IMG/VR virus record: IMGVR_UViG_3300009784_000001
Location: 278,418 to 342,417 of that record
From: a virus
Lineage: Duplodnaviria > Heunggongvirae > Uroviricota > Caudoviricetes
DNA length: 64,000 bases
Reading direction: 5' to 3' (one strand)
A model generated the notes under the pieces. The model ran no database searches. It had not been told where the DNA came from and saw nothing but the letters and a program-made list of their open reading frames with translations. Shown here piece after piece: positions 1 through 10,160 of this stretch (its first letter is position 1; each line of letters starts with the position of its first letter). The translations under genes and the position numbers were made by a program.

Positions 1-419
1 ACTGAAACAAGTTCAGGAAAAGCATAATATCTACTATCATAACTACTGATATATTCTGGTACTATATTAAGTTCATCATAAATAATACTTGATATAATAC
101 CATTAAATTTCAATAAAGTAGCACAGGTATACATATTATTGCTACTAATTAATGGTTCTTCAATTATACATATATCAATATTTTTATTGTAGGTTGTTTT
201 AACCAGTAATTTTAATTCTTTTAATTTTTCCTCAAACTGTTTTTTCTTTATAAATAAAGTTTCGGTTCCTTTCATCTTTGTTGGTGCTTTTAATACTAAT
301 CCTGTGATTAGAATAACTTCACCTTTGTTTGATGGCGTTCCAACTTCATGTTTATATAAAGTGATGCCTAAAGTAGCTGTTGATATATCAAGACCAAGAA
401 TTATTTTTTGCTCATTCAT
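1..419 (-). CDS. RuvC-like Holliday junction resolvase (runs off window start)
   Basis: Manual translation MNEQKIILGLDISTATLGITL...IDICIIEEP; ILGLD/IIEE RNase H-fold motifs. Confidence 0.7.
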   Translation of the reverse strand, partial: MNEQKIILGLDISTATLGITLYKHEVGTPSNKGEVILITGLVLKAPTKMKGTETLFIKKKQFEEKLKELKLLVKTTYNKNIDICIIEEPLISSNNMYTCATLLKFNGIISSIIYDELNIVPEYISSYDSRYYAFPELVS

Positions 420-506
420 AATACTATTTTTTGTATACAAAATAAATGTATTATTTGTATATTTCAAGATTTAGCTATATATTTGTGATATAATATATTT
501 TTAAAT

Positions 507-626
507 ATGATAGAGGCATTAATTGGTATAGGTGGAGTGATTGTAATAGCACTTATTTCTTTGGGAATAACTCTTTGGATAAGAAAAAAAGAAAATGAAT
601 ATAGAAATAAAAGAAAAATTATATAA
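507..626 (+). CDS. small membrane peptide (39 aa)
   Basis: MIEALIGIGGVIVIALISLGITLWIRKKE..., one TM helix; below ORF-track cutoff. Confidence 0.5.
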   Translation: MIEALIGIGGVIVIALISLGITLWIRKKENEYRNKRKII

Positions 627-939
627 AAAAATTGAAGAATATTGCAAATTAAATTTAATTGAAGATATTCCTCAATTTATAAATAAGTTATTGGAGAAAG
701 AATATACTATTGAAGTATATGGAGATAAGCCTGGTGGTTTAAAAAGTGATGTAATTGAGAAGTCAAAAGAAATAAAAAAAGAGGAAAAAGTTGAAATTGA
801 AAAAGAAGAAGAAATTATAACATCTGATATTTCAAACATAGAAATAGATAATGTCCAAAAAATTGAACATTATGATAATGGGATAGAAATGGTAATTATG
901 GAAAATATGCAAAAAAGAAAGAGAAGAATTTTGAAATAA
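595..939 (+). CDS. hypothetical protein
   Basis: ORF track. Confidence 0.6.
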   Translation: MNIEIKEKLYKKIEEYCKLNLIEDIPQFINKLLEKEYTIEVYGDKPGGLKSDVIEKSKEIKKEEKVEIEKEEEIITSDISNIEIDNVQKIEHYDNGIEMVIMENMQKRKRRILK

Positions 940-959
940 TTTTATAAAATAAAAAAAAA

Positions 960-1235
960 ATGATAGAAAAAATTGAAAAAAAAGATGATAAATTATATGT
1001 TTATCATAAAGATTTATCAGGATACTTTTATGTATTCAATATTAATGAATTTAATGGGGTAAGTAGTGATCGTGATAATAATGATGTATTAGATGAAAAT
1101 TTAATCCTTAAAAGAATAGGAGAAATTGATGTTTATAATCAGGAACTTTTTAATAAACAATTAATAGGTAATTCTTTGAAAAATTTTTATTTTGAAAGAT
1201 TAAATGAGTGTTTAAATCAATCAAATGAAGAATAA
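960..1235 (+). CDS. hypothetical protein
   Basis: ORF track. Confidence 0.6.
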   Translation: MIEKIEKKDDKLYVYHKDLSGYFYVFNINEFNGVSSDRDNNDVLDENLILKRIGEIDVYNQELFNKQLIGNSLKNFYFERLNECLNQSNEE

Positions 1236-1292
1236 TGGAATATAGAATAGTTTGGAAATAACAATATAATATTTTTTTTACTTTAAAGGATT

Positions 1293-1327
1293 AAAATCCT
1301 GATACTAATAGATATCAGGATTTTTTT
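1293..1327. terminator. bidirectional intrinsic terminator
   Basis: aaaatcctgata-N-tatcaggatttt hairpin between convergent genes. Confidence 0.7.
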
Positions 1328-2249
1328 ATTTTAGAATTATATTATTCAACAACTTATTTTTATCAAAAAATATATTTTCAATTTTTATTGATTTAGAATA
1401 ATATAAAATTTTAATATTATGTTCTTTACATAATTTATATTTTATTTTATCTCTATTTTTAATTTGAAGTAAAGTCTCCTTCCCTTTAAAATGTTTAACT
1501 TCTTCAAAATGTTGTATTCCTTGACATTCAATAGCAATATTATAATCTGGAAGGTAGAAATCTAATTCTAATGGTTTTTTATATTTTAACCATTCAAATT
1601 TTTGTTCATAAATATAGTTTATATTATTAGAAATTAACATTTCTTCTATTTCCCTTTCTAATTTTGATATGTCGCAAAAAGAACATCCACATCCACTTAA
1701 ATGAGTATTTGGTGTTTGCCAAAATTCACCATGTTCTGGACAGATTATACATACTTTTATATTACTTTTAATATATTTTACTTTATTATACTTATACTTA
1801 TTTTTATGAATTTTTATAGCTTTTCCTATAAATTCTTCTGTATTTGACCGTTGAGTTTCACCCATATTTAGTTTTCCACATTTATAACATATTGCTTTAT
1901 TTAGATGATTATTTGGAATTTGCCAAAACTCACCATGTTCTGGGCAAATAATACATACTTTTGTATGCGCATCAATATAATTTACTTTGGAATAATCATA
2001 TTTATCTCCATGTGTCTCTTTTGCTTTTTCAATAAATTCTTCTGTTGTTAATTTTTTTGTTCCTCCACATTTTTGACATCCTCCCCCTCTCAAAATTACT
2101 TTTGGTGTTATATAAAACCCTCCATGTTCTGGGCATATAATACATACTTTTTCATTAGTTCCATTATATTCCGCTTTTGAATAATCATACTTATCTCCAT
2201 GAATTTTTTTTGCTTTTTCAATAAATTCTTCTGTTGTTAATTTCTTCAT
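1326..2249 (-). CDS. zinc-ribbon repeat (DUF723-like) + Vsr/PD-(D/E)XK putative homing endonuclease
   Basis: Three KYDYSKV..KVCIICPEHGEF..CxxC repeats; C-terminal LELDFYLPDYNIAIECQG. Confidence 0.75.
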   Translation of the reverse strand: MKKLTTEEFIEKAKKIHGDKYDYSKAEYNGTNEKVCIICPEHGGFYITPKVILRGGGCQKCGGTKKLTTEEFIEKAKETHGDKYDYSKVNYIDAHTKVCIICPEHGEFWQIPNNHLNKAICYKCGKLNMGETQRSNTEEFIGKAIKIHKNKYKYNKVKYIKSNIKVCIICPEHGEFWQTPNTHLSGCGCSFCDISKLEREIEEMLISNNINYIYEQKFEWLKYKKPLELDFYLPDYNIAIECQGIQHFEEVKHFKGKETLLQIKNRDKIKYKLCKEHNIKILYYSKSIKIENIFFDKNKLLNNIILK

Positions 2250-2275
2250 AGGTATATTATATTTAATTATAAATA

Positions 2276-2307
2276 TTTGTTTTAATGAATATTTATATGT
2301 ACTTTTG
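2276..2307 (+). promoter_or_regulatory. Bacteroidota sigma-A type promoter
   Basis: TTTG...TACTTTTG. Confidence 0.6.
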
Positions 2308-2331
2308 TAAAAAGTATAAAATTTTTTTTCT

Positions 2332-4746
2332 ATGTTAGAAATACCAAGAAGTGCGAAAATTAATATAAGTTGGGAAGCGCATAATTTTAATTGGAGCCGT
2401 GATAATGAATTGACAATAAAAAATCAATTTAGTAAAAAATATAATATTCCTAAAAATCACATTAAAGTAACACCACATTTTATTAATGTGGATGAAAATG
2501 GAAAAAGTGTTTCTGTTAAATCTGAAGTTATAGATAATATTCAATCGCCTGCTTTTCAACAACATTTATTTGAAGAATATATTAAAATGAATGGAATAGA
2601 GAATATTGATTTTAATAAGATTGTAGAAATAGATAATGAAATTAATACTAATATTGATTATGATGTTTATGATAAGTTTGGAAAAATTGTTATTAAAAAG
2701 ATAGAATTTGACAATTTTTTATCTTATGGGAAGGGAAATGTAATTGATTTTACTAAATTAAATGGCTTAATATTAGTAAAAGGAGAACCAGTAAATAAAA
2801 CAGGAAAAACAACTGCAATGATTGAAGTTGTTAAATTTGCTTTATATGGCTCTTATACAAAAGCCAAAACATTAGATGATTTATTTAATTTATATTTACC
2901 AAATGAAACTGAAATACTTGTTAGATGTTATTTATCAATAGATGGTGAAGATTTTGTTATTGAAAGAAGAGTAACACGTCCTAAAAAGAGAACAGAAAAA
3001 TCAAAAGCATCTTCATCAGTTAAATATTATAGGATTATTGATGGTATATGGGATATAAATGAGCCATTGGAAGAATATGATGAGAATATTGTTAAAAATG
3101 AAAGTGATAATGTAATAAACACAAATAAAAAAATAAAGGAGTGTTTACCAAAAGAAACTGATTTTGATCTAGTTATTTTTGCAAATAGTGAAAATTTATC
3201 TTCTTTGATTAATGTTGGCTCAACAGAAAAAGGTCGTCTTTTTAGTAGATGGACAGGACTTTTACCTTTAGAAAATAAGGAGAATTTAGCAAAAGATAAA
3301 TGGTTAAAAGAAATTAATCCAAAACTATTATCTAATCAATATAATACTGAACAATTACAACAAGATAATATTGATTTGAAAGTTAATATTGAAACTTCTA
3401 CTGAATCTATTGAAAATTATAATAATAATCTTGAAGCAAGTAAAAAAGTAATTGATGAATATGAAATAGAAAAATCTAATATTTTAACAACAAAAAACAA
3501 AATTGATGATAATTTATTGAAGTTGGATATTCAAACAGTTGAAACTAAAAAAAATAATTTAATAACAGAAGGGAAAAATTTAAGAGGAAAAGAAGAAATA
3601 TATCTAAAAGATATAGATTTATTAAAAAATTATTTAAATAATGATAAAGATAAAACTCTTCTTTCTTCTAATAGGATAAAAATTAATACTTTGACTGGCG
3701 AAATTGCTACTATTAAAGCCAATATAAATAATCTAAAAGGTCAAAATCAAAGTTTAGAAGGCAGTAAAAAATGTCCTACTTGTGGAAGAGAATATGATAA
3801 AGAAACTATATCTAAAATAGAAGAAAATATTAATATAAATAAAGAGAAAACAAATTCTTTAATAAAAGAAGGTACGATTAAAAATGAACTTAAAATAAAA
3901 TTAGAAGAAGAAAATGTTGAAATAGAAGAAAAGATAAAAAAAGCAGATGAAAAAACAAAATTAGAACTTAAATTAGCACAAGTAAGAGTTGATATTGCTA
4001 ATACAACAAGTCAATATAAAGAAACTATTCAATTGATTAAGGATTATGAAAAGAATAAAGAAGATATTGATAAAAATAATAAAATAGATATTAATATCAA
4101 TAATTTAAATGCTAAAATAAAGATTGAACAGAATGTAAGAGATAGTATCATTAAATCAATTTCACAGGAAGAAAAGAATATTGAAACTTGGAAAAAAGAT
4201 ATTCAAAATAAAGAAGATATAATTAAGAAATTATTTATTGAAGTAAATTATGTAAGGCATTATAAATTATATCTTGAATTGGTGGGTAAAAATGGTATTA
4301 AAAAGATAATATTAAGAAAAGTATTACCAATTATTAATGCTGAAATAAATAATTTAATATCTGACCTTGATGATTTTAATATTGAGATTATAATGAATGA
4401 TAAAAATGATATAATTTTTAATATTATCAAATATGATGAAGAAGGAAATTCAGTTAAAACTAATCTTGTGGCTTCTTCTGGATATGAATCAACTTTGTCA
4501 GGAATAGCATTGCGTTCAGTGTTATCTAAATTTTCAACTATATCAGTTCCCAATTATTGTCTTTTTGATGAGGTGGTTGCAAGAACAGGAGAAACAAATT
4601 ATGAAATATTATATAAGTTGTTGGAGAGAGTAAGTCAAAGTTATCAATTTATATTTGTTATATCTCATAGTGAGGTATTTAATCAATTATTTGATAAGAA
4701 AATAACGATTATTAAGGAAAATAATATTAGTAAAATTAAATTATAA
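2332..4746 (+). CDS. SbcC/Rad50-like (gp46-like) SMC ATPase
   Basis: FDNFLSYG, Walker A KTGKTT, coiled coil, CPTC hook, SSGYE signature, LFDE Walker B, ISH. Confidence 0.9.
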   Translation: MLEIPRSAKINISWEAHNFNWSRDNELTIKNQFSKKYNIPKNHIKVTPHFINVDENGKSVSVKSEVIDNIQSPAFQQHLFEEYIKMNGIENIDFNKIVEIDNEINTNIDYDVYDKFGKIVIKKIEFDNFLSYGKGNVIDFTKLNGLILVKGEPVNKTGKTTAMIEVVKFALYGSYTKAKTLDDLFNLYLPNETEILVRCYLSIDGEDFVIERRVTRPKKRTEKSKASSSVKYYRIIDGIWDINEPLEEYDENIVKNESDNVINTNKKIKECLPKETDFDLVIFANSENLSSLINVGSTEKGRLFSRWTGLLPLENKENLAKDKWLKEINPKLLSNQYNTEQLQQDNIDLKVNIETSTESIENYNNNLEASKKVIDEYEIEKSNILTTKNKIDDNLLKLDIQTVETKKNNLITEGKNLRGKEEIYLKDIDLLKNYLNNDKDKTLLSSNRIKINTLTGEIATIKANINNLKGQNQSLEGSKKCPTCGREYDKETISKIEENININKEKTNSLIKEGTIKNELKIKLEEENVEIEEKIKKADEKTKLELKLAQVRVDIANTTSQYKETIQLIKDYEKNKEDIDKNNKIDININNLNAKIKIEQNVRDSIIKSISQEEKNIETWKKDIQNKEDIIKKLFIEVNYVRHYKLYLELVGKNGIKKIILRKVLPIINAEINNLISDLDDFNIEIIMNDKNDIIFNIIKYDEEGNSVKTNLVASSGYESTLSGIALRSVLSKFSTISVPNYCLFDEVVARTGETNYEILYKLLERVSQSYQFIFVISHSEVFNQLFDKKITIIKENNISKIKL

Positions 4747-5006
4747 TGAAATACTTAGTAGGTTTGTTGGTTGGTGGTTTAATGGAAGACCCACAGTTAT
4801 GTTTTAATCCCCCTTATGATATAATTGAAGGGGATAATAGAGAAGAATGTTTGAGTATATATAATAAAAAACATAACTGTTTTTATTTCTATGGTAGTAT
4901 TATGTGCAGTTTACATGAAGATGGGATAATAGGAATGATTTCTAAATATTGTAGTGAAGATGAAATAGATAAAATTTTGTTAAATAATATTGCAATTGAT
5001 ATATAA
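4746..5006 (+). CDS. hypothetical protein
   Basis: ORF coupled to sbcC. Confidence 0.6.
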   Translation: MKYLVGLLVGGLMEDPQLCFNPPYDIIEGDNREECLSIYNKKHNCFYFYGSIMCSLHEDGIIGMISKYCSEDEIDKILLNNIAIDI

Positions 5007-5008
5007 AA

Positions 5009-5833
5009 ATGGTTAAATATTTAATACATTGTGCTGACATTCATGTTAAGAGTTTACAAAAACATCAAGAATACAAAGAGGTTTTAACTAATTTTATTAA
5101 TCAAATAAAACCATTTCTTGAGAAACATAGAGAAGAAACAAGAATAATTTTAGCAGGAGATATTTTTGATAATTTTCTCACTATAACAAATGAAATGGAA
5201 ATATTTGGTGCATGGTTTTTGAAAGAATTGGATAATCTTGGCACAACTATTGTAATAGCTGGAAATCATGATTTAGTAAGAAACAATATGGAAAGAGTAG
5301 ATAGTATAACTCCTTTCTTTCATCTAGTTGATTTCAAAAATACATCATATATGGATATGATAACAGGTTATAAATCTGGTTGTATTGAAGATGAAGGTGT
5401 TATTTGGTGTTTATATTCTATTTTTGATAATTATTCAAGACCTGATATAGAAAAAATTAAAGAAGAAAATCCTGACAAGATATTTATAGGTTTATTTCAT
5501 GGTCCAATTATTGGAAGTAAAAATGAAATAGGATTTACAATGTCAAAAGGGATAAATTCTGATATTTTCAAAAATTTGCATTTCGTATGTATGGGGGATA
5601 TTCATCAAAAACAATTATTAACAAGTAAGGATGGAGTTAAAATGTATTATCCTGGATCTTTAATCCAGAAGACATTTGGGGAGTCTATTAACAATCATGG
5701 CTATTCAATTATAACATTATCTGATTTTAAAATTGAACATAAGGAGGTGATTAATCCTTACAATTTCTATAATTTCAGAATTGAAAATGTAGATGATATT
5801 ATGAATGATAAAGAAATTTTAATTAATAAATAA
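5009..5833 (+). CDS. SbcD/Mre11-like (gp47-like) nuclease
   Basis: ADIH, GDIFD, GNHD, GDIH, YPGS motifs. Confidence 0.9.
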   Translation: MVKYLIHCADIHVKSLQKHQEYKEVLTNFINQIKPFLEKHREETRIILAGDIFDNFLTITNEMEIFGAWFLKELDNLGTTIVIAGNHDLVRNNMERVDSITPFFHLVDFKNTSYMDMITGYKSGCIEDEGVIWCLYSIFDNYSRPDIEKIKEENPDKIFIGLFHGPIIGSKNEIGFTMSKGINSDIFKNLHFVCMGDIHQKQLLTSKDGVKMYYPGSLIQKTFGESINNHGYSIITLSDFKIEHKEVINPYNFYNFRIENVDDIMNDKEILINK

Positions 5834-5834
5834 G

Positions 5835-6821
5835 ATGGAGATAAGAACACAAATTTTATTAAAAGAAGAATATGAATATCTAATAAATGAGGAATTATCG
5901 GTATCAGAACATGTTATTAGTGTAACCCAAGAAATAGAAAAACATTTAAAAAATCATTGGTATTTAGATTTTCATTTAAATAATTTTGATTTTGTGGGTA
6001 AGCTAGAAATAGAAATAAATAGAGTTAAAAGTGATGGTGGCGGTTCTTCCTCTATATTGGATTCAACAAATGTCTCATTAGATAATAATGGTTTAATAAT
6101 TGGTTGTAAGTTAAATATAAATGTTTCTATTAGTGAAAATAATGAAAGTGATATAGATTATTTATATGCTTCAATATTTCATGAAATAGAACATTTATTT
6201 CAAATATATCAAAAATTAAAAAATGATAAATATACCCAGCCGAAATCTTCTTTTTCTTCAAAAGAATATAAAAACAAATATTCTTTATATGATTTAGCCC
6301 AATTAACATTACAGAATGGCGATATAGAAAATATTTATATATCCTTATTATCTTGGTTATTTTATTTAAATGAATATGAACAGGATGCTACTGCTTCAGA
6401 ATTATATAATATAATGTTAAAAAAAGATTATCGTTCTGATTTTGAATTTGATATGTTTTATAAACAGTCACAAACTTATAAAAAATTGTTAAAATTAAAA
6501 GATGCTTATAAATTATTTAATAATATTAATCAAAATGATTTGGGGTACAAAGAAATGATACAATGGTTATATCAAAATAATGTAACTTTTAATTTACAAA
6601 GAACACAACAATTAATTGATTATAATATTAAAAGATTTGAAAGTAAAATTGGTAAAGTTTTGACAAAAATTAAATTAGATAAAGGAATGATGGGCGAATC
6701 TGATAGAGGTAAAATGATAGAAACTAATATTAGGATTTATTCAGATAAAGAAATAGAACAGCAAAAAAGAAGTCATGATTTAATGAAAAAGTTAATAAGA
6801 GAAGAATATAACACTTACTAA
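5835..6821 (+). CDS. hypothetical protein with HExxH motif, possible virion-internal protein
   Basis: FHEIEH; N-terminal LLKE/LINEE. Confidence 0.5.
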   Translation: MEIRTQILLKEEYEYLINEELSVSEHVISVTQEIEKHLKNHWYLDFHLNNFDFVGKLEIEINRVKSDGGGSSSILDSTNVSLDNNGLIIGCKLNINVSISENNESDIDYLYASIFHEIEHLFQIYQKLKNDKYTQPKSSFSSKEYKNKYSLYDLAQLTLQNGDIENIYISLLSWLFYLNEYEQDATASELYNIMLKKDYRSDFEFDMFYKQSQTYKKLLKLKDAYKLFNNINQNDLGYKEMIQWLYQNNVTFNLQRTQQLIDYNIKRFESKIGKVLTKIKLDKGMMGESDRGKMIETNIRIYSDKEIEQQKRSHDLMKKLIREEYNTY

Positions 6822-6847
6822 AAGAATAAAGTATTAATTTTTAACAA

Positions 6848-7537
6848 ATGATTATAAATGAATATGATGAAAGTACAAAAACATATTTTAACAAAATTAA
6901 AGAGTTTAAACCCCTAACTTTGAAAGAAGAAAAAAAACTTTTTAAATCTTATAAAAAGGGGAATTTAAAAAGTAGAGAAACATTGATAAATAGCAATTTA
7001 AAATTTGTTGTACATGTAGCAAAAAATTATAGAGATAGAGGCGTACCATTTTCGGATTTAATTTCAGAAGGAAATTATGGATTATTAAAATCTTTTGAGA
7101 AATTTGATTCTAAAAGAGATAATAAGCTGTCATCTTATGCTGTTCATTGGATTAGATTTTTTATTGAAGATAAAATAAGGCGAGATAATAATTTAAATCA
7201 ATATCCAATAGAAACTTCAATATTAAATTCATTTGAAAATGACGAAGAGATAAATTTAGAAAAAAAAGATTTTGATATAATTGATGAACAAATTGATTAT
7301 GAAAAACAAAATTATTATAAAACTATTATTGATAATTTATTAATAAAAATATTGAATGATAGGGAAAGTGAAATATTAAAGTATTCTTTTGGATTAGATG
7401 ATTTCCCAATATTAAATTTGAAAGAAATATCAGTTAAATTAAATATTTCACAGGAAAGAGTTAGACAGATAAAAGATAAAGCATTAATGAAATTAAGAGC
7501 TAAATGTTTGGAAAATAATATTGAATTAAATTTATGA
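6848..7537 (+). CDS. phage sigma-70 family factor
   Basis: NLKFVVHVAKNY, DLISEGNYGL, SYAVHWIR, ISQERVRQI (regions 2 and 4). Confidence 0.9.
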   Translation: MIINEYDESTKTYFNKIKEFKPLTLKEEKKLFKSYKKGNLKSRETLINSNLKFVVHVAKNYRDRGVPFSDLISEGNYGLLKSFEKFDSKRDNKLSSYAVHWIRFFIEDKIRRDNNLNQYPIETSILNSFENDEEINLEKKDFDIIDEQIDYEKQNYYKTIIDNLLIKILNDRESEILKYSFGLDDFPILNLKEISVKLNISQERVRQIKDKALMKLRAKCLENNIELNL

Positions 7538-7543
7538 AAAAAA

Positions 7544-7852
7544 ATGAATAAAGTTAAAGAATTTTTAGAAAATTATATGATACACATACTTTGTGTCTTG
7601 TTTTTGTTGATTGTGTGGAACAATTGTTCTCAAAGTAAAACTAATGGTAAATTAGTTAAGCAAAATAATGAATTAATATTACAATTAGATAGTATTAGAA
7701 ATACACTTGTAACAAAAGATCATTTATCTAAACAATTACAAATTGAGGGTTTAAGAACAGAAAAACGTATGATACAATCTACTGATAGAAAAATGATGGA
7801 TTTAAATAGACAAACGGAAATAGATAGTGAACTTAAAAAATTAGGGAATTAA
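7544..7852 (+). CDS. membrane-anchored coiled-coil protein
   Basis: N-terminal TM. Confidence 0.6.
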   Translation: MNKVKEFLENYMIHILCVLFLLIVWNNCSQSKTNGKLVKQNNELILQLDSIRNTLVTKDHLSKQLQIEGLRTEKRMIQSTDRKMMDLNRQTEIDSELKKLGN

Positions 7853-7881
7853 AAAAGAGAGAATAATAATATTTATGTTTT

Positions 7882-8730
7882 ATGAGAAAGATATTAAACT
7901 GGATAAATAAAAATAGAGAAACATTATTAAAATCTTGTTATTCACTACCTATATTATTCGCTATTTTTATTTCTATTAATCACTGTATAAGATGGTTTGA
8001 GATTGCTAATCCTAATAGTTTTGCTATATTATTAAGTGTAGGAGTTGAAGTAGCAGCTTTTTCAACATTATTAGCATTAATATTTTCTAAGGGTAAATCT
8101 TTTAATATATGGCTTACATTTTTTATTGTAACTTTTGTTCAGATATTAGGGAATGTTTTTTATTCTTTCAATTTTATAGATGAAACTGGGCAATTATTTC
8201 AAACTTGGCAAAAATTTGTAAAAATAATATTTGATGAAGCATGGGACATTGATAAATCAAAATTTTGGTTATCTGTATTAGAAGGAAGTATTGTACCTTT
8301 GTTATCATTACTGTCATTAGATTTAATTGCTAATTTTGAAATGAAAGATAAAAAAAAAGATGATAGCAAGATGAAAGTATTAACTACTACTGAAGAAATT
8401 AAACCAACAGTAGAAGAAATATATCATAGACCTGGAACAGCAGTTCTTGATAAAGTAGAAGAAATATTAAAAAATGAAGAACCAATAATTGAAGAAAATA
8501 GTGATGAAGAAGAAATGGAAGAAGAAAAAGTAAATGAAATAGAAAAAAAAGAAGAAGTTATAACTCCTGAAATTGTTAAAGTTGTTCCAGAAGAAGATGT
8601 TAAACAAATAAAAAAGGAAGAATTAACCAAAAAAAATGTAAATAAAGCTGGACCTTTAGCTGAAGGTATTCCACCAAAACAACAAAGTGGCATAATTCCA
8701 AAAATAAAAATTACAAATAAAAAAAGCTAA
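7882..8730 (+). CDS. multi-pass membrane protein with acidic tail
   Basis: About 4 TM helices. Confidence 0.65.
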   Translation: MRKILNWINKNRETLLKSCYSLPILFAIFISINHCIRWFEIANPNSFAILLSVGVEVAAFSTLLALIFSKGKSFNIWLTFFIVTFVQILGNVFYSFNFIDETGQLFQTWQKFVKIIFDEAWDIDKSKFWLSVLEGSIVPLLSLLSLDLIANFEMKDKKKDDSKMKVLTTTEEIKPTVEEIYHRPGTAVLDKVEEILKNEEPIIEENSDEEEMEEEKVNEIEKKEEVITPEIVKVVPEEDVKQIKKEELTKKNVNKAGPLAEGIPPKQQSGIIPKIKITNKKS

Positions 8731-8741
8731 AATGTAATGAT

Positions 8742-9194
8742 ATGATAAAGATATTAACAGAAGATTTGGCAACTAGGAAAATGTTGGACAAAATTTTTAA
8801 ATTAAATGAAGAAGATTTATCAATGGATAGTAATACTACACAGAGTGATGAAGTTCCTATTAATGATAGTACTTTCCCAAATATACTATCAAATATAAAA
8901 GAAACTTTAAGTCAAAAATTACCTAATGTAACTTTTGATGAAAATCCATTTGTTCTTAATAAAAAAAATAATACTGTTACATTGAAAGGAAAAATACAAA
9001 ATTTAAATTTAAATTTTATTATGACAACTGATACTTCCAATGGTGGAGATGGACTTTATATATCAACACAATCATTGAATTTGAATGATAAAACACTTCA
9101 AACATTGAATGTATTATATGGTCATTCACAAATATTCCAATCTGAATGGACAATAAACGAAGTAGAAAAGAAATTAAATCCCAAGAATCTTTAA
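8742..9194 (+). CDS. hypothetical protein
   Basis: ORF track. Confidence 0.6.
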   Translation: MIKILTEDLATRKMLDKIFKLNEEDLSMDSNTTQSDEVPINDSTFPNILSNIKETLSQKLPNVTFDENPFVLNKKNNTVTLKGKIQNLNLNFIMTTDTSNGGDGLYISTQSLNLNDKTLQTLNVLYGHSQIFQSEWTINEVEKKLNPKNL

Positions 9195-9907
9195 TAGTGA
9201 GAAAATTAACAAAGGAAGAATTTATAGAAAAAGCTAAATTAGTACATGGCAATAAATATGATTATAGTAAAGTAAATTATATAAATAATTCAACAAAAGT
9301 CTGTATAATATGTCCAGAACATGGAGAATTTTGGCAATTACCAAACAGTCATCTTCTCAGTTTTGGATGTTCTAAATGTACTAATAATTATAATTATACA
9401 ACAGAAGAATGGATAGAGAAAGCAAAAAAGGTTCATAGAAATAAGTATGATTATTCCAAAGTTAATTATCTAAACAATTATACAAAAGTGTGTATAATAT
9501 GTTCTCTCCATAGCGAATTTTGGCAAACTCCTGATAATCATTTAGGAGGAAATAATTGCCCTAAATGTATGAATAAAAGTAACCTAGAGGTAAAAGTATC
9601 CACATTTTTGGATGATAAAGTAAAGGTTTTAAAAAATTATAGAGGATTTAAATGGTTAAGATATAAAAAGCCATTAGAATTAGATTTCTACCTTCCAGAT
9701 TATAATATTGCTATTGAATGTCAAGGAAGACAGCATTTCTATTCAAAAGGTACATTTTTTGAAAACAATAATCAAGAATATAAAAATGTAAAAGAAAGAG
9801 ATAGAATTAAGAAGGAATTATGTGAAAAGAATAATCTTCCCTTATATTATATAAATTATAATGATGATGTGGAGGAAAAATTAAATGAGATATTGAAATT
9901 GAGTTGA
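9146..9907 (+). CDS. zinc-ribbon repeat + Vsr-like putative homing endonuclease (start may be GTG near 9197)
   Basis: Paralog of 1326-2249. Confidence 0.75.
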   Translation: MDNKRSRKEIKSQESLIVRKLTKEEFIEKAKLVHGNKYDYSKVNYINNSTKVCIICPEHGEFWQLPNSHLLSFGCSKCTNNYNYTTEEWIEKAKKVHRNKYDYSKVNYLNNYTKVCIICSLHSEFWQTPDNHLGGNNCPKCMNKSNLEVKVSTFLDDKVKVLKNYRGFKWLRYKKPLELDFYLPDYNIAIECQGRQHFYSKGTFFENNNQEYKNVKERDRIKKELCEKNNLPLYYINYNDDVEEKLNEILKLS

Positions 9908-9998
9908 TCTCTCATTTGAGAGAAACAAATCAAAGAACGCAAGCTATAGATGCTATGCGTTTTTTGTTTTAAAGATATTTATAACAAAGTATTTAATA

Positions 9999-10160
9999 AT
10001 GACTAACAAAGAAAAGAAAGAAACTGAAGAATGGTTAGATAAACAGTTGAAGTCAAAAGAATTTGAAAAAATTGTTAAAAGAATAATAGGAGATGCTTTT
10101 ATAGAATATTCTAAATTACAATATGACAATCGTTATTTTATAAAAAATAGATTTAAATGA
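9999..10160 (+). CDS. small hypothetical protein (53 aa)
   Basis: MTNKEKKETEEWLDKQ..., coupled to next gene. Confidence 0.55.
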   Translation: MTNKEKKETEEWLDKQLKSKEFEKIVKRIIGDAFIEYSKLQYDNRYFIKNRFK